Positions 11,063-19,303 of a DNA stretch of 64,000 bases are shown here, one piece after another. Below the pieces are notes generated by a model, which worked only from the letters and a program-made list of their open reading frames with translations, had not been told where the DNA came from and ran no database searches. A program made the translations under genes and the position numbers. The DNA is from an uncultured delta proteobacterium (lineage in GTDB: Bacteria; Myxococcota_A; Polyangia; Haliangiales; Haliangiaceae), in the NCBI GenBank assembly GCA_963764695.1, contig CAVXTW010000015.1, positions 93,845-157,844 on the forward strand, written 5' to 3'. Every line of letters starts with the position of its first letter. The first letter of the stretch is position 1.

Positions 11063-12820
11063 TCAGCCGATGCCCGCCTCGATGGCCGGCGCAGCGCGCT
11101 GGTCGGCCTGGACCTGTGCGTCCTCGACCGGCAGAGAGATCGTGAACGTGGTGCCGCGGCCGACCTCGCTGTCGACGCTCAGCTTGCCGCCGTGCTTGTC
11201 GACGATGACCGAGCGCGCGATGGTGAGGCCCTGCCCGGTTCCCTTGCCCACTTCCTTGGTGGTGAAGAACGGGTCGAAGATCCTCTCCATCACGTCGGGT
11301 GGCATGCCCTTGCCGCTGTCGGCGATGGAGACGAACACCTCGCGGCCGGACATCCACGTGCGGATGGTGATCTGGCCGCGTGCTCCCGTCTTCTCGGACA
11401 CGTCCTGGATGGCGTGCGCGGCGTTTACGACGATGTTGAGCACGACCTGGTTGAACTCACCGACGTGGCACATCACGGTGGGCAGGTCGCCCAGGTCGGT
11501 GATGACGTCGGCGACGTACTTGTACTCGTTTGCCGAGACCATGAGCGTGGTCTGGATGGCCCGGTTGATATCGGCGTGCGCCTTCTCCTTGCGCTCGGGA
11601 TAGGCGAACTCCTTCATCGCGCGCACGATGACAGCGACCCGATCCAGGCCCTCGATCGAGCGCGTGACCGCCAGCGGCAGGTTCTCCAGCACGTATCCGA
11701 CGTCGCTCTCCTCCTCCAGCTCGGCGGCGCGCTGGCGCGCCTGCTCGCCCGAGATGGTGCCCGCGTGCAGCTCGGCGACGAGCTGGCGGTAGCCCTCGAT
11801 CACGACCTCGACGTCGCGGGTCGCGTCGCGCAGGAAGTGGCAGCTGTCGCTGACGAACTGGATCGGCGTGTTGATCTCGTGGGCCACGCCGGAGGCGAGC
11901 CGGCCGACCGACTCCAGCTTCTGGGCCTGGCGCAGCTCCAGCTCCATGCGCCCGCGCTCCTCCATCTCGACCACCAGCTTCTCGTTCGTCAAGGTCAGTT
12001 CCACCGTGCGCTCCTTGACCCGATCCTCGAGCTCGCGGTTGACCCGGTTGAGCTGCTCGACCATGCGGTTGAAGGCGGCCGCCAGCGAGCCAATCTCGTC
12101 GGACGAGCTGTCGTTGACCGTTGTCTGACTGGCACCGGAGGCCACCGCGGTGGCGACGCTGGCGATGGCCCGCAGCCGCCGGGCCAGCGAGCGCGCGATG
12201 AGGAACGCCGCGGCGATGCCGAAGACCAGCGCCGCCGCCCCGCCGGCCGCCGCCGTGCTGATCACCCGCTTGATGCCCTCGCGGATGCGCGAGGTCGATA
12301 CCTCGATCACCAGCGTGCCCGTGGGCCCCTCGAGCGAGCTCACCGGGCTCACCACGGCGATGCGCTCCGTGAGGTGCACGACGCGGGGCGCGGAGACACC
12401 GTCGCGCGCGTCGTCCTTCCAGGGGCTGGGATGGCCGGCCTGGTACAGCACCTTGCCGCGTCCGTCGAACAGCACCACGGCCGCCACGTCCTGATCCGAG
12501 TCGAGCGAGGACAGCACCTCGCGCGCGGTCTCGCGATCCCCGAACGCGACCGCCGAGCGAACCTGGTTGGACAGAAGTGCGCTGTAGCTGCTCGTCCGGC
12601 TCGTCAGCGCGCGGCGGATGGTCCCGAACTGCTGCAGCGGGAAGTAGACGCAGAGAAATCCGATGATCGCCATGATCATGACGGCGATGAGTCCGATCAG
12701 CTTCTGGTGGATGCTCAGCTGGAGCCCTCGCCTCATCGCCCATAGACGATCGACCGGATCCGGATCGACTGAAGGGTCCACGCGCAGTGGCTCGGCGCAG
12801 GTGGCCAGAGGTCGCAGCAC
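11063..12820 (-). CDS. Sensor histidine kinase with HAMP domain (TM - sensor - TM - HAMP - HisKA - HATPase_c)
   Basis: H-box VAHEINTPIQ and N/G boxes (NIVVNAAHA, DSGKGM, GTGQGL) are present, with a HAMP-like linker after the second TM helix. An alternative start at 12736 (MRRGLQ...) lies just before TM1. Confidence 0.8.
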   Translation of the reverse strand: MLRPLATCAEPLRVDPSVDPDPVDRLWAMRRGLQLSIHQKLIGLIAVMIMAIIGFLCVYFPLQQFGTIRRALTSRTSSYSALLSNQVRSAVAFGDRETAREVLSSLDSDQDVAAVVLFDGRGKVLYQAGHPSPWKDDARDGVSAPRVVHLTERIAVVSPVSSLEGPTGTLVIEVSTSRIREGIKRVISTAAAGGAAALVFGIAAAFLIARSLARRLRAIASVATAVASGASQTTVNDSSSDEIGSLAAAFNRMVEQLNRVNRELEDRVKERTVELTLTNEKLVVEMEERGRMELELRQAQKLESVGRLASGVAHEINTPIQFVSDSCHFLRDATRDVEVVIEGYRQLVAELHAGTISGEQARQRAAELEEESDVGYVLENLPLAVTRSIEGLDRVAVIVRAMKEFAYPERKEKAHADINRAIQTTLMVSANEYKYVADVITDLGDLPTVMCHVGEFNQVVLNIVVNAAHAIQDVSEKTGARGQITIRTWMSGREVFVSIADSGKGMPPDVMERIFDPFFTTKEVGKGTGQGLTIARSVIVDKHGGKLSVDSEVGRGTTFTISLPVEDAQVQADQRAAPAIEAGIG

Positions 12821-12862
12821 CCGGCCGGGGCGCTGCCACCGCGGCCGGATGACCGCGCGGGT

Positions 12863-14158
12863 TCAGCCCCCGGGGGCCGACGCCGCGATCCGCCGGCCGC
12901 GCCGCGATCGCGCGGCGACCAGACCGCTGGAGCTCGGGTTGACGCGCACCAGGCCGCGATCGCCGTCGACGACGAGCAGGTCGCCCGGCCGGGTCCAGGC
13001 GAACAGGCCGCGCACGCCGGTCACCAGCGGCAGACCGGCGGCGCGCGCGATCGCCTGCGCCTCGTCGGTCGCCTCGCCGTCCCCCTCCAGCACGACGGCG
13101 GCGGCGCTGCGCGCGGCGGCGGCTGCGAAGAACGGCCCCAGGCGCCGGCCGATCCAGATGCGTCCGCTCTGCAGCAGCCGGCTGCCGCTCGCCATTGTCT
13201 GCAGCAGCGCGCACAGCTCGCCGATGCCCTCGGCGCGCTCGAGCAGGGTCGGATCCGGCTGGCCCTGTCGGGTGATCAGGCCCATCGACGCGCGGGCGTA
13301 GTCGCGCGCGAGCGACGAGAGATTCCCGCCCGGCGCGGCCAGGGCGCGCTCGCGCAGGCGTCCGTCGGACAGCAGCAGCTCCATGCGCGACAGAGCGCGA
13401 TCGACCACCGGATCGAGCGGTGCGCCCAGCCGCGCGCGCAGGCGGGCCAAGTCGCGCTCGACGCGGGCCAGGGCGTGGCCGATCTGCCGTCGGCCAGACG
13501 GCGCCGCGCCCTGCTCGGAGGTCGGGATGAGCTCGACGCGGCCCATGCCCAGGCCGGTCGACAGCGGGCGGCCGAGCAGCGACACGCTCTCGGTGCCGAC
13601 CTCGGCTCGCGCGGGGCGGCGGCTGGTCGACGCCTCCAGCACGACGCCCACCGCCTCGGCCAGAATACTGGCCATGCGCGCCTCCGTCTCGCTGAACGCA
13701 AGCGCGGCGGAGCGCTGGAACACGAGCACGCCGAGGCAGCGGCCGTGGCGCAGCACCGGCTGCGCGATCATGACCGGGAACGGCTCCTCGCCGATGCCGC
13801 GCACCGGCTTGAAGCGGGGGTCGGTGTCGGCGTGGCCGAGCGAGATCGGGCGCAGACACTCGGCCACCCAGCCGACCAGGCCCTCACCGACCGCGAGGCG
13901 GAGGTTGCCGACGGCATCGCTCGACAGTCCGACGTTGCCCTGCACGACCAGCAAGTCCTCGTCGCCGACGTCGCGCACGTAGACGCTGACCACGTCGGCG
14001 GCGAGCAGGCGCGACATCTGCTCGCACGAGGCCGCGAGCACGTCGCGCAGCGGCGCGTTGAGCGCGCCCGGCTCGAGCGCGGAGTAAAGACCGGTGATCG
14101 GAGAGGCTGGCGGGTGAACGTGGAGCGCGACGCCCCGCCGGGTGGACGGAACCTTCAT
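12863..14158 (-). CDS. GAF domain protein with Enzyme-I-like N-terminal and PEP-utilising mobile (phosphohistidine-type) domain, lacking the PEP-binding barrel (PtsP-like, truncated)
   Basis: An N-terminal GAF region is followed by an EIN-like LLGRPLSTGLGMGRVEL and helical linker, then GDGEATDEAQAIARAAGLPLVTG. This aligns to the EI GGRTSHAAIxARELGIP motif with the phospho-His position read as Glu. The ORF stops straight after this domain. Confidence 0.55.
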   Translation of the reverse strand: MKVPSTRRGVALHVHPPASPITGLYSALEPGALNAPLRDVLAASCEQMSRLLAADVVSVYVRDVGDEDLLVVQGNVGLSSDAVGNLRLAVGEGLVGWVAECLRPISLGHADTDPRFKPVRGIGEEPFPVMIAQPVLRHGRCLGVLVFQRSAALAFSETEARMASILAEAVGVVLEASTSRRPARAEVGTESVSLLGRPLSTGLGMGRVELIPTSEQGAAPSGRRQIGHALARVERDLARLRARLGAPLDPVVDRALSRMELLLSDGRLRERALAAPGGNLSSLARDYARASMGLITRQGQPDPTLLERAEGIGELCALLQTMASGSRLLQSGRIWIGRRLGPFFAAAAARSAAAVVLEGDGEATDEAQAIARAAGLPLVTGVRGLFAWTRPGDLLVVDGDRGLVRVNPSSSGLVAARSRRGRRIAASAPGG

Positions 14159-14413
14159 GGAGACCCAGCGTGGCAGGCGCGGATTTCTGCCGCGTTTCCG
14201 GCGCGCAACTGGTGACCGAGGCCCCTGCGGGTGCCACGTGGAACATTGTCAAGTTTTCTGCCGTGAGATTTTGACGCATCGCGTTATCCGCAGTCATCAC
14301 GGCAGGCCACGGCAAACGCCGCACCTCTTCACCAACCCTTCACCGCGAGTTCGTCGGTCCGGATCGAGACGGTGACATGAGTCGTTCATGGTCGTGAGCA
14401 AGGGAGGTTCGAC

Positions 14414-14947
14414 ATGGCTCACTTCCAGGTTCGCACGCTGATGAAGAACGACTTCGAGGCGCTCGCAAAGCTGGAGCAGGAGGTGTTCGGCGCGCAGGGA
14501 CAGTCGGTCCTGTGTCCGTACTATCTCCGGCTGTGCTGCGAGTTCTTCGCCGATAGCTGCTTTCTGGTCCTCGCCGACGGTGTGCCGATCGGCTACCTGC
14601 TCAGCTTCGTGCGCGAGCGGGAGGCCTACTGCACGACCCTGGCCATCGCGCCGGCGTACCAGCGCACGCGCGCCGTGGCGCTGGCCATCCGCGCCTTCCT
14701 GGGTGCGGTTGTCGATCGCGTGGACAGCTGCTGGTTCACGGTCGAGGAGAACAACCTGCCGGCGCGCAACCTGCACCGCATGCTGGGCGCGGTCGATGTC
14801 GAGGTGCGCCGCGACTTCTACGGCCCGGGCGACGATCGCATCGTGTCGCGCATCGACCGCGGCCGCTTCGAGGCGCTGCGCGAGAAGTACGCGCGCATGG
14901 GGCTGGTCAACCGCCCGGCCGAGCAGTCGGCGGCAGGGGCCGCATGA
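14414..14947 (+). CDS. GNAT-family N-acyl/acetyltransferase
   Basis: 177 aa with an AGGGAGG SD. GNAT-like core (ADGVPIGYLLSF...LAIAPAYQRTRAVALAIRAF) and 4-nt ATGA overlap with the next gene. Confidence 0.7.
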   Translation: MAHFQVRTLMKNDFEALAKLEQEVFGAQGQSVLCPYYLRLCCEFFADSCFLVLADGVPIGYLLSFVREREAYCTTLAIAPAYQRTRAVALAIRAFLGAVVDRVDSCWFTVEENNLPARNLHRMLGAVDVEVRRDFYGPGDDRIVSRIDRGRFEALREKYARMGLVNRPAEQSAAGAA

Positions 14948-15720
14948 GCTCGCTGTCGCCGGCCCTGCGCTGCGCGCGGCGCATGGCCGCCACCGCCGTG
15001 ACCGTCGCGCGCCAGCTCGCCGACAGCGGCGGGGGCAGCCACGCGCACGGCCTGTCGCGCGCGTTCGCGGATCTGGCGCGACACCACGGCCTGGAGATCG
15101 AGGTGGCCGGCGAGCCGCCGCGCTGGCCGTGCGTGCTGGTCGCCAACCACCTGAGCTACATGGATCCGATAGCGCTCCTGTCGCTGCTGCCGGCCCGCCC
15201 GGTCTGCAAGGGCGAGGTCGGCCGCTGGCCGTTCATCGGGCAGGTGGCGAGGGTGCGCGGCGTGCTGCTCGTCGATCGCGCATGCCCGTGGAGCGGCGCG
15301 CGAGTCCTGCGCCGCGCCATCGCCGAGCTGCGCGCCGGCGGACGCGTGCTGGTCTTTCCCGAGGGCACCACCACGCGCGGCGATCAGGTGCTGCCGTTCC
15401 GGCGCGGCATCTTCGGCGCCGCCAGGCTGGCCGAGGTGCCGATCGTGCCGGTGACGATCTCGTACGCCGATCCGGACGCCCCGTGGGTCGGCGACGAGAC
15501 ATTTCTTCCGCACTACCTGCGCACCGCGGCCAGAGAGCGGCTCGCCGTGCGCGTGGTGTTCGGGGCCGCGATGTGGCCGGGGCGTCCGGCCGCCGAGCTG
15601 GCCGCCGAGGCGCGCCGGCGCATCCAGATGGAGCTGGAGAGGAGCACGCATGTCGCAGCAGAGCGCGTTCGAGTATCTGAGCCACGGGCAGACCCCGTTC
15701 TTCCGGCTGCCGTCGGCTGA
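14944..15720 (+). CDS. Lysophospholipid acyltransferase (PlsC/LPLAT family O-acyltransferase)
   Basis: H(x4)D motif in NHLSYMDP, FPEGTTT acyl-acceptor motif, and VPIVPVTISY. Confidence 0.8.
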   Translation: MSSLSPALRCARRMAATAVTVARQLADSGGGSHAHGLSRAFADLARHHGLEIEVAGEPPRWPCVLVANHLSYMDPIALLSLLPARPVCKGEVGRWPFIGQVARVRGVLLVDRACPWSGARVLRRAIAELRAGGRVLVFPEGTTTRGDQVLPFRRGIFGAARLAEVPIVPVTISYADPDAPWVGDETFLPHYLRTAARERLAVRVVFGAAMWPGRPAAELAAEARRRIQMELERSTHVAAERVRVSEPRADPVLPAAVG

Positions 15721-16591
15721 TGTGCGCAGGTCAACCGGGGAGGCCGACGCGGTCGTCCTCGGCGTCCCGCACGACGGCGGCACCACCTACCAGCCGGGCG
15801 CGCGCCTGGCGCCGTTCCACGTGCGGCGGGTGAGCGCGCTCTTGCAGTCGTTCCACCCGTTCCACCGGGTCAACGTGTTCGGCCGCCTGCGCGTCGTCAA
15901 CGGCGGCAACGCGGTCTTCCCGCCCTTCGACCGCCAGGCCATGCGCGAATCGGTCGAAGGCACCACCGCCGCGTGGCTGCGCGCCGGCGCGGTGCCGTTC
16001 CTGGTCGGCGGCGATCACTCGATCACGCTGCCGGCCCTGCGCGCGGTGGCCGCGGCGCGCGGACCGGTCGCCGTGGTGCACGTCAACGCCCACATGGACA
16101 CGAGCGGACCGGAGGTGTGGGGCGACGCGTTCCACCACGGCACCCCAATCCGCCACGCCCTCGACGAGGGGCTCATCGCGCGCGGCCAGCTGCACCAGAT
16201 CGGCCTGCGCGCGCCCTGGTCGAGCAGCGAGGAGCCGGCGCTGGCGGCCAGCAGCGGGGCCACCATGATCGCGGCCGACGAGGTCGGTACCCGCGGCATC
16301 GCCGCCGTCATGGCCGAGGTACGCGAGCGCATCGGCGACCGCCCGCTCTACGTCACCTTCGACGTCAACGGTGTCAACCCGGCCTTCGCGCCCGGCACCG
16401 GCACTCCGGTCCCCGGCGGCCTCACCTCGCGCGAGGCCCTCGCCCTGATGCGCGGGCTGGCCGGCGCCGACCTGGTCGGCATGGACGTGGTGGAGGTCGC
16501 GCCGGCGCTCGACCACGCCGACATCACCTGCCACCTCGCGGCGCACCTTCTCTATGAAGGCCTCGCCCTGGCGGCCCTCAGGAGGCGCTGA
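15650..16591 (+). CDS. Arginase/agmatinase-family ureohydrolase (agmatinase- or guanidino-acid hydrolase-like)
   Basis: Mn-binding motifs GGDHSIT, VHVNAHMDT and DVVEVAP. N-terminus (PFFRLP...GVPHDGG) aligns with the SpeB N-terminus. It overlaps the PlsC-family gene by 71 nt. Confidence 0.8.
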   Translation: MSQQSAFEYLSHGQTPFFRLPSADVRRSTGEADAVVLGVPHDGGTTYQPGARLAPFHVRRVSALLQSFHPFHRVNVFGRLRVVNGGNAVFPPFDRQAMRESVEGTTAAWLRAGAVPFLVGGDHSITLPALRAVAAARGPVAVVHVNAHMDTSGPEVWGDAFHHGTPIRHALDEGLIARGQLHQIGLRAPWSSSEEPALAASSGATMIAADEVGTRGIAAVMAEVRERIGDRPLYVTFDVNGVNPAFAPGTGTPVPGGLTSREALALMRGLAGADLVGMDVVEVAPALDHADITCHLAAHLLYEGLALAALRRR

Positions 16592-16603
16592 CCCGCGGCG
16601 GGC

Positions 16604-18973
16604 TCAGTCGAGGTGGACCGGGAACGCGGTGGCGAAGCAGGCCGCCACGGCCTGACCGCCCTCCATCACCGGACGGTAGCGCCAGCTCACCAGGCCGCGC
16701 TCGATGGCGCGGCGGACCTTGGGCGACACGGTCAACAGAACGGTGACCGACGTGACGACGCCGCGCGTGTCGATGCACAGCTTGGCCGTCACCTTGGGCG
16801 GCAGCGCCTCTCCCGGTGGGAAGCGGATCGGACGCGTGTTGCCGCTCTGACGCTGGGCGCGCGCCGCCGAGACGACGATGGGTCCGCTCGGGCGCGCCCT
16901 GGTCGACTCGGCCGGCCTCGTCACCGGCGGCTGGACCGGCACCGGCAGCGGCGCGAGGTCCGGCTTGGTCGCGTCGGTGGTCCTGGCCTGCTGGCGCGTG
17001 GATGGAGCCGACGGAGACGGCCGGGCCTCGTCGTCGGCGGCCCTCTCGCTGATGGCCGCGCGCTCCTCCTTCTCGGCTTGCTCTTCCGCCTCGCGCTCCT
17101 CTTCCCTGGCCCGCTCGCGCGCGGCCAGCGCCGCTTCGCGCTTGGCCTTGGCCTTGGCCTTGGCCGGCTTGTCGTCGGCGCGCGCGTCGTCCACCGCCTC
17201 GTTGTCGGGAGGCTCGGCCGGCGCCTTGCGCGCCGGCGCGACCGGCGGCGGCGTCACCGCGATCGGAGCCGGCTCCGGCGCCGCCACCGCGCCCGGGGAC
17301 GCGGTCACGACATTCTGCACCGGCGGAGGCGCGGGCTGCGGTGCGGCCGGCTGCGGTGCGGCCGGCTGCGCCGCGGCCGGGACCTGTGCGCCCTGCGCGG
17401 CCTGCGCCACCTGGGCCGGTCGATCGCGGTTGGTGATGAACCACGCGACCGCGGCGCCGGCAGCAGTCACTGCCACCGACGCGATCAGGAGCGGCGCGAG
17501 CGATCGCCGGCGCGTCGCCATCGCGGCCAGCGCCATCACCTCGGCGCGCCGCGCTGCCAGCATCGCCTCCTCGAGCATCGCCTGCGACTGCTGGGGAGCG
17601 GTCGGTCCTGTCCCCACGGCCCAGCCGGTCGGGTCGGTCACCTGGCGCAGGTTCCCGGTCAACCATGCCGACGACGACTGCCCGGTGATCTGGCCTCCTC
17701 TGCCGAGCCCGACCATGCCGAGCGGTCCGGTCCGCTGCGACGCCGACGACGAGCTGCCCAGGATGAGCGACGCGTCCGAGCGGTGCACGGGCCGGGGATC
17801 CGGCGCGTATCCAGACGAAGCCGCCAGCGGCAGCTTGTCGGTGACGTCGGGGACCTCGTCGAGGACGACCTGCATCGAGCGCGGGCTGTTTCCGCCCCAC
17901 ACGATGTCCATGACGTCGTCATCGGATTCGCCGCCCGAGGAGCTGCGCCGCTCCAGCGCCTCGGCGGGAGGCGCGGCCAGCGGCATGCGCAGTCGCCGCT
18001 GCTGCGCGGCGGGTTCGGGGTGCTGGAACGCCTCCTCGACCCAGCCGGTCACCTCGCGGTTGGTGGCCAGCAGGCGCTGGTCGAGGGCGAGCTCGGCGAT
18101 CGCGGCGCGCATCTCGCCGGTCGTTCGCCAGCGCTTGTCGGGATCCTTGGCCAGCCCGCGCAGCACGATGCGGTCCAGCTCGGCCGGGCAGCTCGGGTTG
18201 CGCGACGACGGCGCCGGCGGCGTCATGTTCTGCAGCCGATCGATGATCTGGAAGTCGTCCTTGGCGGCGAACAGCGGCGTCGCCGTGATGAGCTCGTGCG
18301 CGATGATCGAGGCGGAGAACAGATCGGATCGCCCGTCGAGGGTGCGACCGGCAAGCGCCTCCGGCGCCATGTAAGAGAGCTTGCCCTTTATCCGGCCCGA
18401 GTGCGTCATCAGGTGCCCGAAGGTGGCCTTGGCGATCCCGAAGTCGATGACCTTGAGGTGACCGGTATTGCCGACGATCAAGTTGGCCGGCGAGATGTCG
18501 CGGTGGATGAGACCGAGCGGCTTGCCGTCGGAGCCGACCTGACTGTGCGCGTAGTCGAGCGCGTCGAGCAGCTCGGTCATCAGCGCGATCGAGATCTCGA
18601 TCGGCGGCGGTCCCGAGACGCGGCGTGCCTGGCGCAGCAGCACGCGCAGATCGCGGCCGGGGATGTACTCCATGGAGATGAAGTAGCTCGCACCGACGCG
18701 ACCGAGCTCGTACAGCTGCACGATGTTGCCGTGCTGGAGCATCGACGCCAGCTTCGCCTCGCGTACGAACGCGCGCACGAAGTCAACGTCCTCGGCCAGA
18801 TGAGGCAACAGACGCTTGAGCGCGACGACGCGTTCGAAGCCGTCGATGCCGCGCTCGATGGCCCGATGCACCGTGGCCATCCCGCCCATTCCCAGCCGTT
18901 CCAGGACCTCGAACGGTCCATAGATCTCAGTCCGCGCAGCCCCTACCAAGTTCGCACCTGTCCCCCGAGACAT
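16604..18973 (-). CDS. Ser/Thr protein kinase fused to a TM helix, a Pro/Lys/Glu-rich spacer and a TonB C-terminal domain
   Basis: Kinase motifs GMGGMATVHRA, VALKRL, HRDISPANLIV, DFG and APE, then TM helix (LLIASVAVTAAGAAVAWFI). A (AAPQPA)n and (AK)n/EERE spacer resembles the TonB proline-rich region. C-terminal about 90 aa resemble TonB_C. Confidence 0.8.
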   Translation of the reverse strand: MSRGTGANLVGAARTEIYGPFEVLERLGMGGMATVHRAIERGIDGFERVVALKRLLPHLAEDVDFVRAFVREAKLASMLQHGNIVQLYELGRVGASYFISMEYIPGRDLRVLLRQARRVSGPPPIEISIALMTELLDALDYAHSQVGSDGKPLGLIHRDISPANLIVGNTGHLKVIDFGIAKATFGHLMTHSGRIKGKLSYMAPEALAGRTLDGRSDLFSASIIAHELITATPLFAAKDDFQIIDRLQNMTPPAPSSRNPSCPAELDRIVLRGLAKDPDKRWRTTGEMRAAIAELALDQRLLATNREVTGWVEEAFQHPEPAAQQRRLRMPLAAPPAEALERRSSSGGESDDDVMDIVWGGNSPRSMQVVLDEVPDVTDKLPLAASSGYAPDPRPVHRSDASLILGSSSSASQRTGPLGMVGLGRGGQITGQSSSAWLTGNLRQVTDPTGWAVGTGPTAPQQSQAMLEEAMLAARRAEVMALAAMATRRRSLAPLLIASVAVTAAGAAVAWFITNRDRPAQVAQAAQGAQVPAAAQPAAPQPAAPQPAPPPVQNVVTASPGAVAAPEPAPIAVTPPPVAPARKAPAEPPDNEAVDDARADDKPAKAKAKAKREAALAARERAREEEREAEEQAEKEERAAISERAADDEARPSPSAPSTRQQARTTDATKPDLAPLPVPVQPPVTRPAESTRARPSGPIVVSAARAQRQSGNTRPIRFPPGEALPPKVTAKLCIDTRGVVTSVTVLLTVSPKVRRAIERGLVSWRYRPVMEGGQAVAACFATAFPVHLD

Positions 18974-19303
18974 GCTCGGCCAAAGCAGCGTTCCTTATAT
19001 CAGCAAGGCTGAGCACCCGAAAGCCAACTCCGACGGGCGATGCCCGAGCTGTCCGGTCGCATCTTGCTCGCCTACTTCGGACGACATGCTGACACGCCGG
19101 CTTCATATCTGACATTGCCTGTCCTGAAGGGACGCTGCAATTCACTCCGATGCTCTCGCGTGCTGACTTACTTTCTGCTGAAGCGATGAACGCGGCAAAT
19201 ACACCGTGCGCAACCTGTTCGTCGTGCATCGTGCACATTGCTCGCTTCCAAACGCCGAACGGACCTCTGTAAGCTCTGCTCGGACGTCAAGGGGAGGTGC
19301 CAG

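Noticed and set aside
11457-13859. 800-aa ORF on the minus strand overlapping the HAMP kinase and GAF genes
   Set aside because: A different frame from the real genes, an extremely Arg/Gly-rich translation, and no domains.
19238-19303. ATG 19238 as the TonB-dependent receptor start
   Set aside because: It would put 22 non-signal residues (MLASKRRTDLCKLCSDVKGRCQ) before the signal peptide. TTG 19304 has an ideal SD and yields a canonical signal peptide.
18974-19303. Cobalamin, TPP or Fur-box element upstream of the TonB-dependent receptor
   Set aside because: No GCCACTG B12-box, no CTGAGA TPP motif and no GATAAT-type Fur box were found by eye. Left unclassified.
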